DNA from: Verrucomicrobia bacterium GWF2_51_19
GTDB lineage: Bacteria > Verrucomicrobiota > Verrucomicrobiia > Opitutales > UBA12508
Direction: 5' to 3'
DNA length: 64,000 nucleotides
NCBI GenBank assembly: GCA_001831095.1
Contig: MIDP01000013.1
Location: forward strand, 2,364-66,363
Numbering within the stretch: position 1 is the stretch's first letter; the number at the start of each line of letters is the position of its first letter. Positions 48,042 through 56,234 of the stretch are shown piece after piece. The notes below the pieces were generated by a model, which saw only the letters and a list, made by a program, of their open reading frames with translations, had not been told where the DNA came from and did no database searches. Made by a program: the position numbers and the translations under genes.

Positions 48042-49343
48042 TTAGGTCTCTTTAAGGGCCTTTTGTTCACTGATCCCAGGCCCGTGAAACAGCGGCCAAA
48101 AGAGAAATAAAAAGAGATAGCTGCCAACGTTGATAGAGCTGAGCCTGCAAAAATCATAATCATGAAAGCATAGCAGAAAAAAGATAATAAAGCCAATAAA
48201 ACATACCCATTGTTTCTGTTCGTAAGAAATACGCAATCCCTTGTATAGAAGCCATAGTATAATGAATAGCACAAAAATGCCATTGGCTAAAAAATGATCA
48301 ATAAACAAATTGTGAGTTTTGCTGTCCCTATTTTTGTATTTTTTTAACAATGAATACTGGTCAAATCCTATACCATGCAACACAATACGGTATACTGGTA
48401 AGTTGTTCTGTGCAATGATTTCAGGCAATTCACGCCATTGACTGAAACGTTTGTTCATTGTTCCCAAAAAACCTGGACTCGGAGTAGTTTTAATTTTGGC
48501 ATGAACTAAATACTGATAAATAACATTTAACTCAGGTATAGTTTTTTCTCTTTCGAAAGCTATTGTAACAGTAAGTAAAGATAAACTAACAAACAATAAA
48601 GCCTTCCACCATAATTTAAAATGGATGATGACAATGAAAGGTAAAAGTAGCCATGCGGCTCGAGTATATACTAGAACAATAACAACAATAGACGCCACAA
48701 AAAAAAGCATCAAAAGTAGTTTTTTATAACGTTTGCCACCAGTCAAAATAATAGGCGCAATCAGCAAGGCCAAGGTCAAATAATTAGTGGATGAATTAAC
48801 GTTCCCAAAAAATCTTAGAAAATACATATCATAACAGTACCGCAGAAAAATAAGGCCCGTTAACCCATTCTTTTGTTTAAATACATTGAAGAGCGTTTCT
48901 CGATCTTTATAAAATAAAAGCGCCAAAACAATGATTAAAAAGATGGTATAGGAGAGAAAAAAAGAGTAGAAAAAGTATGATTGTAGGTGCTTGCGTGTAC
49001 TTAAAAATAACAAGATAATACAGGGGCTTAAAAAGCCAAGTAAAAACTCTCGAAAAGCCAGGGCTTGTCGGTCTGAGAAAAATAGGGCCAAAATAACCTG
49101 AATCGTTCCAATAGCTAGGAAGGCACACAATATCTTAAAAAACTGTCCCGAGACACGTTGCTTATCGCGAACCATAAAAAATAGTATTAAAATGGCAGCC
49201 ATAATATGAATGACTCTAAAAATTCCTAGACCCAGCCATATGGAAAGAGATGCACGAGTAAATGGGATTGTGACAGCGGCAACAATAACTGATGCCATTT
49301 CTAAAAAATTATATGAAAGCCGCTGCTTTATGTTTATTTGCAT
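48042..49343 (-). CDS. O-antigen polymerase/ligase-like polytopic membrane protein (Wzy/WaaL superfamily)
   Basis: ~10-12 TM helices with a large loop near the C-terminal third. Strikingly A/T-rich compared with its neighbours. The start is taken at MQINIK, 1 nt from the stop of the upstream glycosyltransferase. Confidence 0.7.
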   Translation of the reverse strand: MQINIKQRLSYNFLEMASVIVAAVTIPFTRASLSIWLGLGIFRVIHIMAAILILFFMVRDKQRVSGQFFKILCAFLAIGTIQVILALFFSDRQALAFREFLLGFLSPCIILLFLSTRKHLQSYFFYSFFLSYTIFLIIVLALLFYKDRETLFNVFKQKNGLTGLIFLRYCYDMYFLRFFGNVNSSTNYLTLALLIAPIILTGGKRYKKLLLMLFFVASIVVIVLVYTRAAWLLLPFIVIIHFKLWWKALLFVSLSLLTVTIAFEREKTIPELNVIYQYLVHAKIKTTPSPGFLGTMNKRFSQWRELPEIIAQNNLPVYRIVLHGIGFDQYSLLKKYKNRDSKTHNLFIDHFLANGIFVLFIILWLLYKGLRISYEQKQWVCFIGFIIFFLLCFHDYDFCRLSSINVGSYLFLFLFWPLFHGPGISEQKALKET

Positions 49344-49344
49344 G

Positions 49345-51078
49345 TTAAAATCCTTCCAAGATCGCCTCAACGTGGTGTTCCCATGTGTAGTGATCCAAGG
49401 CGAGTTTTCTAGCGTTTTTACCCAAGCTACAACGTAAGTCTAAATTGGCAACTATTTTTTCAATGGCGAGAGCTAATTCTTTTACATTTCCCGGTTGAAC
49501 CAAACACGCGACGGCGTTTTCGTTCGAGCAGCGTTCAAGGCTATCAACGCGTACTGCGTTTTGTAAAATGGAGCCAATTTGTTCCAAGTCCGACGCTATA
49601 ATGGCTTTCCCCATGCACATATATTCGAACAATTTTGTGGGCGAACCGAAGAATTTAGAGCCATCGGCGTTGGGTACGTGCGGTGAGACCAAAACATCCG
49701 CAATCGACAAATACAATGGCGCCTGTTCTTGTCTCACCAATCCAGTGAGCGTCACAAAGGACCCCGTTGCGTGTTGTCCCAAAATGTCTTTGACAACGGG
49801 CATTTTCAGACCATCGCCGATCAAAAGAAAATGGACTTTGTTGGATTGAAGCCATTCGGTGCGTGTCTCTATCAACTCTCGAATGGCCGCGGCCAAAACG
49901 TCGACGCCATGCCATTGACCAAACGTGCCAATAAAGCCAAACACACAGGCGTCATGGGATATCTGCCATTGTTGCCTCAATGTATGTTTTTCAACATTCG
50001 AAAACCGCGCTGGATCAAACAAGGTCGGATCGACACAATTGGGATAAGTGACAATGCGTTCAGGCTCAACGCCACGGGCAATCAATTCATCGCGGAGGAC
50101 CTCTGAAACGGTAACGATCCGGTGGGCATGGCGCAAGTTAACAGCCTCTACCTGTTCTGCGATTTTTTGAAACATGAGCGGCCTTCCCCAATTGCGGGCA
50201 ACCCACACTTCCGATCCGTTGTATTCCAAGATCAGAGGCACTCCCCATTCACGGGCGAGAACGACACCAGAGTAATTGGCCGTTGAGAGGCGTTGATAGA
50301 TCCATCTGGGCTTTTGCTTCACCATTTTTCTCGCTTGACGCAGTATGGCGTAGTGAAAGCGGTAGTAGTTGCAGATATTGGGTGAGCCAAAGTATTTTGG
50401 GGCTTCTAAAGGGAAAAAAGCGACGTTCGAACGCAGCATTTCATTTTTAGACACAGATAAAAAGTGGATAGCATATCCCTTCGCCAACGCGTTGACGACT
50501 CCAGCGATATGGCCAACCGAGCCGCCTGCTTGAACCCCAAACCAAAGGTTAGCGTTGAGGTAAACGATGTTTTTGTTTTCAGAAACTACAGGAGATGCTG
50601 CCCGATCGATTTTCAACCAATGGCGCACGTCCGCCGCCACTTTGAATAGGGCAAACATTGACAGCAGTGAAGCTCCTATAACATGGAATAGCGCTGGTAT
50701 CGCCGACAGACGACTGACGGGCGCAAAAGCCTCATTTTCAACACGGTAGAGCGTTTTTGCGCGAGTCATGGAAGCACACAAAAGTAAGACTTCTTTCAGA
50801 CAAGCGCTGTTTTCCGTTTCGCAAAGTAGCAAAAGTTCGGACGGCATACATTGTCTCAACGTCACCAACATTTTCCAGAGTGAAAGTTTACGAATGTTGG
50901 TAAATGTGAGGTTCGTAAAGGGACGGCCCCATTTATTTTTGAAACGCAAAGTATCTTCTTGCGTCAACGGAGAGATAGAAAAAATACAGGAATCTGTGTT
51001 CACATCAGACTGACAAGACGCATTTTCTCTCATTATGGCACCTAGTAAGTCAATATTCTTGGAAAGATCAAGCGACAA
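49345..51078 (-). CDS. Family 4 glycosyltransferase with a ~170-aa N-terminal extension
   Basis: The C-terminal GT-B domain has FIGTFGQWHG and SPTKLFEYMCMGKAII (E-x7-E-like). The N-terminal extension contains a hydrophobic helix. Confidence 0.8.
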   Translation of the reverse strand: MSLDLSKNIDLLGAIMRENASCQSDVNTDSCIFSISPLTQEDTLRFKNKWGRPFTNLTFTNIRKLSLWKMLVTLRQCMPSELLLLCETENSACLKEVLLLCASMTRAKTLYRVENEAFAPVSRLSAIPALFHVIGASLLSMFALFKVAADVRHWLKIDRAASPVVSENKNIVYLNANLWFGVQAGGSVGHIAGVVNALAKGYAIHFLSVSKNEMLRSNVAFFPLEAPKYFGSPNICNYYRFHYAILRQARKMVKQKPRWIYQRLSTANYSGVVLAREWGVPLILEYNGSEVWVARNWGRPLMFQKIAEQVEAVNLRHAHRIVTVSEVLRDELIARGVEPERIVTYPNCVDPTLFDPARFSNVEKHTLRQQWQISHDACVFGFIGTFGQWHGVDVLAAAIRELIETRTEWLQSNKVHFLLIGDGLKMPVVKDILGQHATGSFVTLTGLVRQEQAPLYLSIADVLVSPHVPNADGSKFFGSPTKLFEYMCMGKAIIASDLEQIGSILQNAVRVDSLERCSNENAVACLVQPGNVKELALAIEKIVANLDLRCSLGKNARKLALDHYTWEHHVEAILEGF

Positions 51079-51150
51079 AGTGTAAAAAGTGCGTTATTTC
51101 CTACACCATTTGACGCTATAAAAACCTCTATTTTTGTCTCGCCTATTGAG

Positions 51151-53466
51151 ATGCGAAAATGGAGAATAATGAACCTTTTTATGGAGACAGCGAGCGTCAT
51201 ACGAGACCTATCAATAGTGTTGGCGACAGCCGGCATTGTGGCGATAGCATTTTCATTTCTGCGCCTGCCGGTGATGTTGGGTTACATTTTCAGCGGACTA
51301 GTCATTGGGCCAAACATTTCCAACGGAATTGTCATACAGAACGAGGCGACGATCCGGCAATTGAGCGAATTGGGCGTAATTTTTCTAATGTTTTACATCG
51401 GCCTCGAGTTTGACCTCCGCAAGCTGAGATCGCTGATGGGGCCGTCGTTGTTGTCGGTCGTGTTGCAATCGATCTGCATGTGCTTTTTGGGACTGTTTAT
51501 CGCGCCGCTCTTGGGGTGGTCTGGCCTCAACGGTTTTTTCCTCGGCGGGCTATTGGCAATCAGTTCGACCATGATAACCATCCCCATTCTCCGCGATTCC
51601 AATGCCCTCCAGAGCAATTACGCGCAATGGACCATCGGCATTCTGATTCTGGAAGACATTGTCGCCATTCTCTTATTGGTCGTGTTGGCCGGTGTGGCAG
51701 TGACGGGCCGTTTCGCCTGGGATGACGTCGTTCAAGTGACGTTCTTTGTCGGCATTTTCGTGGTCATGGTGTTTTTCATAGGCCGTCTGCTGGCCCCATG
51801 GATGGTGCGCGTCCTGGACAAGATTGGCAAAGTCGACATCTTGACCATCGCCGTCATCGGATTTGTGCTGGGCATTGGTCAGCTCGCCCAGCAGTTTTCG
51901 CTCGCACTGGGGGCCTTTTTAGCGGGATCCATCCTCTCTCAGACGCTTCTGGCGGAAAAAATTGAGGCCGTCACGGAGCCCTTTCGCAACGTCTTTTCGG
52001 CCGTTTTTTTTGTGACCGTCGGCATGCTGATTCAGCCAAACTTGCTGATTGCTTACTGGAAGATCATTCTGCTTTTGACAGCCCTGGTGGTCATTGGAAA
52101 GATCGTGACGTGCTGGCTGGGCCTGTTTTTGAGTGGGCAACAGTCAAAGACGGCCTTTCTGGCATCCGTTTCCAAGGCGCAAATTGGCGAGTTCAGCTTC
52201 GTCATCGCGACGTTGGGGCAGTCATTTGGCGTCACGGATTCGGGCCTGATGGCGGTGGCGGTCGGTGTTTCACTTGGAACGATCACCGTCGTGACGCTAC
52301 TAACCCCTTTTGCTGATCCGATCTTTGAGAGCTTTGCCAAACGGACGCCCAAGGCAATGCAATTGTGGGGCGCGCATTACCACAAGTTCCTCGAAATACT
52401 TCAAATACGGCTGACTAAGTGGTCTCTCCTCAAGCTGATCTACAAGCCATTGGGCCAAATTCTCGTTTATTTCTTCTTGCTGAACGGCATTGTTTGGCTT
52501 GCCTCGTTTTTCACTCGCACCATATCCGCCTCGCCCATCTGCACGGGACACACGCTCGCAATGAAATCGACGTTGTGGGTTGTTGCGGCCGTCATTTCGT
52601 TGCCATTTCTCACTGGCGTCATCTGCAACATCAACGTCATTCTCATGATATTTACAGAGTTCGCCTTTCCCGCAACGTCGGTGCTCATGCGTGGACGCGT
52701 GCGCAACTGGCTCCATTCGATGGTTCTGATTGTAGCCATTTTGAGCTTTGGGCTCATCTTTCTCTCCGCAGCCGCAGCTCACCTGCCATCAGGAATCGCG
52801 TTGACCTTCCTTCTGCTCTTGACGCTCTGCCTCGCCTTCATCTTTTGGAAGTCCTTTATCCGCCTCAACAGCCGCATCGAGTACCTCTTTCTGAAAAGCT
52901 TCAGCACGCAGACCATCAACGAAGAACTCCAACGCCGTCAAAAGGCCCTTGAACACCTTGCATCGAGGCGCCCCTGGGACGTCTCCACAGCCACGTTGCA
53001 CATTCCCAAACACTCCTTCGCCGTCGGCAAGCGCATACTCGACCTCGACCTCCGCAAACAGACCGGGGCAACCATCATCGGCATCGCGCGCAACCGTTAC
53101 ATTCACTACGAGCCGAGCCCTGAAACGCCACTCTTCCCGGACGACAAGCTCATCGTTCTCGGAGACAAGAAACAGATTGAGTGCGCCGAGGCCTTTCTTT
53201 CCCAAGAGGCTGAACAAGCGGCGCCGGAAGGCAGCTACTCTTTTGACTTTGCCCAAGTTTGCCTGTCGGTCAACTCTCCCTTGAAAAACGAAACCCTCGC
53301 CGGGGCTCGCATTCGGCAACAATTCGGCGTCAACGTTGTCGGCATTCAAAGAGGGCCTGAACGCATCACAACCTTGCGCCCAGAATTCATTTTAAAGGCC
53401 AACGACGTCCTCCTCGTCGTCGGCAGCACTCACGCGTTGAAAGCATTTCAGGAAAGTAATGGATGA
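51151..53466 (+). CDS. CPA2 (Kef-type) cation:proton antiporter with two C-terminal RCK_C/TrkA-C domains
   Basis: 12-13 TM Na/H-exchanger-like domain followed by two TrkA-C repeats (..GKRILDLDLRKQTGATIIGI.. and ..LAGARIRQQFGVNVVGI..). The start may instead be at 51169 or 51181. Confidence 0.85.
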   Translation: MRKWRIMNLFMETASVIRDLSIVLATAGIVAIAFSFLRLPVMLGYIFSGLVIGPNISNGIVIQNEATIRQLSELGVIFLMFYIGLEFDLRKLRSLMGPSLLSVVLQSICMCFLGLFIAPLLGWSGLNGFFLGGLLAISSTMITIPILRDSNALQSNYAQWTIGILILEDIVAILLLVVLAGVAVTGRFAWDDVVQVTFFVGIFVVMVFFIGRLLAPWMVRVLDKIGKVDILTIAVIGFVLGIGQLAQQFSLALGAFLAGSILSQTLLAEKIEAVTEPFRNVFSAVFFVTVGMLIQPNLLIAYWKIILLLTALVVIGKIVTCWLGLFLSGQQSKTAFLASVSKAQIGEFSFVIATLGQSFGVTDSGLMAVAVGVSLGTITVVTLLTPFADPIFESFAKRTPKAMQLWGAHYHKFLEILQIRLTKWSLLKLIYKPLGQILVYFFLLNGIVWLASFFTRTISASPICTGHTLAMKSTLWVVAAVISLPFLTGVICNINVILMIFTEFAFPATSVLMRGRVRNWLHSMVLIVAILSFGLIFLSAAAAHLPSGIALTFLLLLTLCLAFIFWKSFIRLNSRIEYLFLKSFSTQTINEELQRRQKALEHLASRRPWDVSTATLHIPKHSFAVGKRILDLDLRKQTGATIIGIARNRYIHYEPSPETPLFPDDKLIVLGDKKQIECAEAFLSQEAEQAAPEGSYSFDFAQVCLSVNSPLKNETLAGARIRQQFGVNVVGIQRGPERITTLRPEFILKANDVLLVVGSTHALKAFQESNG

Positions 53467-53524
53467 CAATTACCTATGCAAAATACCGTGAAAGCTCTTT
53501 TCGCGCTATTTTGCTACGTGTCTT
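53467..53524 (-). repeat. Miniature T2-related element (terminal arms + short core)
   Basis: ..acctatgcaaaataccgtgaaagctcttttcgcgctattttgctacgtgtctt starts 1 nt after the antiporter stop. The arms pair only imperfectly. Confidence 0.4.
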
Positions 53525-53600
53525 AAAATGCGGCTTTTTTAACGCCTTATAAGGTTGCTTTTTCTTAAACAGACATTAGTCTCTTGGGGTTTATCTGAAA

Positions 53601-54437
53601 ATGTTTGTCATGAAAAAGAGGCTAATCAGTACAGTGTGTTTGTGGTTGATCGTGTTGGGCGTGATTTTATTTTTGGGACCAACCGCAGCTGTATTTTTGT
53701 TGGCAGTGTTGTCGGCTTTGACACAAAATGAGCTGTATAAGCTGCAGAAGCGCATGGGATATAAGCCATTACGTCGATTGGGACTGACGTTGGGATTTTT
53801 GCTTCCCCTGATCGTTTGGTTCTCAGACAACCCACACGCCGGCAGCGATTTCTTTGTTTTCAGCCTGATTTTGATAAGCCTGTCGATCTTGTTTCAAGAC
53901 ATTCGACACGGCATGGAATCCTTGCTCATTCCGACCTTGTTTGGCTTTGTCTACATCCCGTTCATGTTGCAATATTACGTCCAAATCCTGAAGGACTGGG
54001 ATACGCTCGGTAACACCACTGGCGGGCTCTTTCTCATCGTTTGGCTGATCGCGGTGGCCAAGTTTACCGACGTCGGTGGCCTCCTAGTCGGCAATGCCAT
54101 TGGACGACATAAGTTGGCTCCTCACATAAGCCCCAAAAAGACGTGGGAGGGTGTTGTCGGAGGAACCGCCCTGGCTACGGCTGTCGGATTGGCCTTAGCA
54201 GTCGTCTTTCGCCCATGGATGCCACCTTCCTTTACCCTCGCAAAGTCGGTAATCATCGCAATACCCATATCAGCGGCGTCCATTTTATCTGACCTCATCG
54301 AATCGGCCATCAAACGCTTTTCAGGCCAAAAAGACTCAGGCCACGTCATTCCGGGCATCGGTGGCGCCTTTGACCTCGTCGACAGCCTTGTTTTGACTGC
54401 TCCATTGGGTTATCTTCTCTTCAAGTACTTCATTTAA
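53601..54437 (+). CDS. cdsA: Phosphatidate cytidylyltransferase
   Basis: Polytopic membrane protein with a CdsA-signature-like segment SAIKRFSGQKDSGHVIPGIGGAFDLVDS (non-canonical at several positions). Confidence 0.85.
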   Translation: MFVMKKRLISTVCLWLIVLGVILFLGPTAAVFLLAVLSALTQNELYKLQKRMGYKPLRRLGLTLGFLLPLIVWFSDNPHAGSDFFVFSLILISLSILFQDIRHGMESLLIPTLFGFVYIPFMLQYYVQILKDWDTLGNTTGGLFLIVWLIAVAKFTDVGGLLVGNAIGRHKLAPHISPKKTWEGVVGGTALATAVGLALAVVFRPWMPPSFTLAKSVIIAIPISAASILSDLIESAIKRFSGQKDSGHVIPGIGGAFDLVDSLVLTAPLGYLLFKYFI

Positions 54438-54554
54438 GGCCTGGGAAAGGGCCTATAGCGGCGTTCTCGGCGTTCGGGCTAAGTCACGTACCACCCGTAC
54501 GGCTCCTGTCACCCTCACGCCTCGGGCCTTGCTATAGACCCTTTCCCAGGCCTT
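54436..54554 (-). repeat. Family A element, copy A4 (inverted)
   Basis: The outer stem aaggcctgggaaagggcctatagc / gctatagaccctttcccaggcctt forms 24 bp with one mismatch. The central hairpin is cgtac-gggtg-gtacg. The left end overlaps the cdsA TAA. Confidence 0.9.
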
Positions 54555-54627
54555 AAAGGCTCGAAGAAAAATGGCAGAATCGTGCGCAGCGCGAAACGCA
54601 TTTTGGCGCCATTTTACAACGGTCTTT
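54555..54627 (+). repeat. Internally deleted T2 element
   Basis: aaaggctcgaagaaaaatgg..cagaatcgtgcgcagcgcgaaacgcattttggcgccattttacaacggtcttt. The right half matches T2-1 and T2-2. Confidence 0.6.
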
Positions 54628-54669
54628 CACTTGACTCCGTTTGTCTTTCCACTTAAGCTATCCACCACT

Positions 54670-55437
54670 ATGGAAAAAGTAAGACGAACCCTAATTGCAG
54701 GTAACTGGAAGATGAACAAAACGGCTGCTGAGGCCGAAGAGCTGACACGTGGCATTCTCGCAGAGATTGGCAAAGTCACAGACGTCAATGTGGTGATTTG
54801 TCCACCTTTTACAGCATTGGAGCGCGTCAGCAAGGTTTTGGGGAACTCCACAATACAGCTCGGTGCGCAAAATATGCACTTTGAGCCTTCGGGTGCCTTT
54901 ACAGGAGAAATTTCTGCCGAAATGCTCCGCAATAGTTTTTGCAAGTTTGTCATTCTTGGCCACAGCGAACGTCGTGCCTACTTTAAAGAGAGCGACGAAC
55001 TCATCAATAAAAAGGTCCTATCGGCCCTACATAATAAAATTAAGCCCATTTTGTGCGTCGGCGAAACCCTCGAAGAACGCGAAAAAGGCAAAATGCTTTC
55101 TGTCATCAAAAAACAGGTCCTGGGTGGACTAGCAGAGGTCTCCAAAGAGGTCGCTGAAGAGGTCGTCGTCGCCTACGAGCCCGTTTGGGCAATAGGAACA
55201 GGCAAGACAGCCACTCCAGAAATGGCCCAAGAAGTCCACGGCGCCATTCGCAAGATGCTCGCCCAGCTCTTTGGCCCCGTTTCAGAAAAAATCCGCATTC
55301 TCTACGGCGGCTCCATGAAGCCCGAAAACGCCAAAGAACTCCTCGCCCAGCCAGATATCGATGGCGGCCTCATCGGCGGAGCAGCACTTAAAGCGTCTTC
55401 CTTTGCCGAATTGGTCAAGATTGCCCTCGCCCAATAA
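54670..55437 (+). CDS. tpiA: Triosephosphate isomerase
   Basis: Motifs IAGNWKMNK, ILGHSERR, AYEPVWAIGTGKTA and GGLIGGAALK. The start is taken at MEKVRR; the ORF-track extension reads through repeat sequence. Confidence 0.95.
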   Translation: MEKVRRTLIAGNWKMNKTAAEAEELTRGILAEIGKVTDVNVVICPPFTALERVSKVLGNSTIQLGAQNMHFEPSGAFTGEISAEMLRNSFCKFVILGHSERRAYFKESDELINKKVLSALHNKIKPILCVGETLEEREKGKMLSVIKKQVLGGLAEVSKEVAEEVVVAYEPVWAIGTGKTATPEMAQEVHGAIRKMLAQLFGPVSEKIRILYGGSMKPENAKELLAQPDIDGGLIGGAALKASSFAELVKIALAQ

Positions 55438-55440
55438 CAC

Positions 55441-55654
55441 GCCGCGGCATGGCGCACAGATCTTTGTATATCAATAACTTACGAACTGCAAAGACCGTTG
55501 GAAAATGGCCGGCAAGGCCGTTTTTTCAAAACTAAGTGATTAATGCGAAAAGACCGTTGAAAAATGGATGCAAAAATGTGGCTTTGCGCGAGTACGATCT
55601 GCCGTAGCGTACATTTGTGCACAGGTCTTAGTCTATCAATAACTTACAAATGAA
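55441..55654 (+). repeat. Cluster of truncated repeat pieces
   Basis: Contents: a T2 central fragment; a solo terminal arm at 55490; a truncated T2-4 at 55549-55629; and a duplicated tatcaataacttac spacer at 55469-55483 and 55634-55648. The terminal arm aaagaccgttg(g/a)aaaatgg occurs in direct orientation at 55490, 55549 and 55655. The unit cacagRtctt..tatcaataacttacRaa..aaagaccgttgRaaaatgg occurs twice. Confidence 0.75.
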
Positions 55655-55778
55655 AAAGACCGTTGAAAAATGGCTCTATAGCAAGGCCCGAGGAGCGAGG
55701 GCGACAGGAGCGTACGTTGGTACGTGACTTAGCCCGAACGACGAGAACGCCGCTAGAGGACATTTTTCAACGGTCTTT
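55655..55778 (+). repeat. Family A element, copy A5
   Basis: The outer arms aaagaccgttgaaaaatgg / acatttttcaacggtcttt pair at 18 of 19 positions. The core is nearly identical to A1. Confidence 0.9.
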
Positions 55779-55790
55779 TCGGTCTTTTAT

Positions 55791-55818
55791 TTGACAGATT
55801 GCAAATAGGGTGTACAAT
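55791..55818 (+). promoter_or_regulatory. Near-consensus sigma-70-type promoter (TTGACA-16 nt-TACAAT) in front of the T3SS-like module
   Basis: TTGACA at 55791-55796 and TACAAT at 55813-55818. The ATG of the first ORF is at 55830, so the implied leader is only a few nt. Identified by sequence match only. Confidence 0.5.
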
Positions 55819-55829
55819 AAGGTTATACC

Positions 55830-56222
55830 ATGGAACTACTGAAAAAAGAACCGGCAAACGGGAATGTGCAAAAAGGCTATGAGGCCCTGCAAAAGCAGTT
55901 TGATTTTGCAGATAAAATGCAGTCTTTGCTTAAAAAACAGGGCTACACGACGGGTACAACCGACGAGATTTTTAAAAAGTTGGAAGCTAAGGGCCTTTCA
56001 AAGGAGTCGCGCCAAAAGATCCGTGACACCATAAAAGCGATCGAGCAAGACCCTTTGCTTGAGCCAACCGGCATCTTGGAAGACTTAGAATCGAAGACAG
56101 ACAAATTGTCACTTTTCTTGGTAAAAATATCCAAAGAACAATTACGAAAAGAGCAACTTCCACAAAAACCAGCTTCGCAAGGCACTCTGACAAACGCTTT
56201 GCGCGGCCGTAACATGATTTGA
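55830..56222 (+). CDS. Hypothetical small helical protein (130 aa), occupying the LcrG-equivalent position
   Basis: Charged, predicted helical, no TM. First gene of the module. The LcrG comparison rests on position only. Confidence 0.5.
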   Translation: MELLKKEPANGNVQKGYEALQKQFDFADKMQSLLKKQGYTTGTTDEIFKKLEAKGLSKESRQKIRDTIKAIEQDPLLEPTGILEDLESKTDKLSLFLVKISKEQLRKEQLPQKPASQGTLTNALRGRNMI

Positions 56223-56234
56223 GAGGACACTTTT

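Noticed and set aside
55438-55790. Possible CRISPR array, because a ~19-nt sequence recurs three times in direct orientation.
   Set aside because: Spacing is irregular. The recurring sequence is the terminal arm of palindromic elements that also occur singly and inverted all over the window. The spacers are themselves repeat cores. No cas genes are present.
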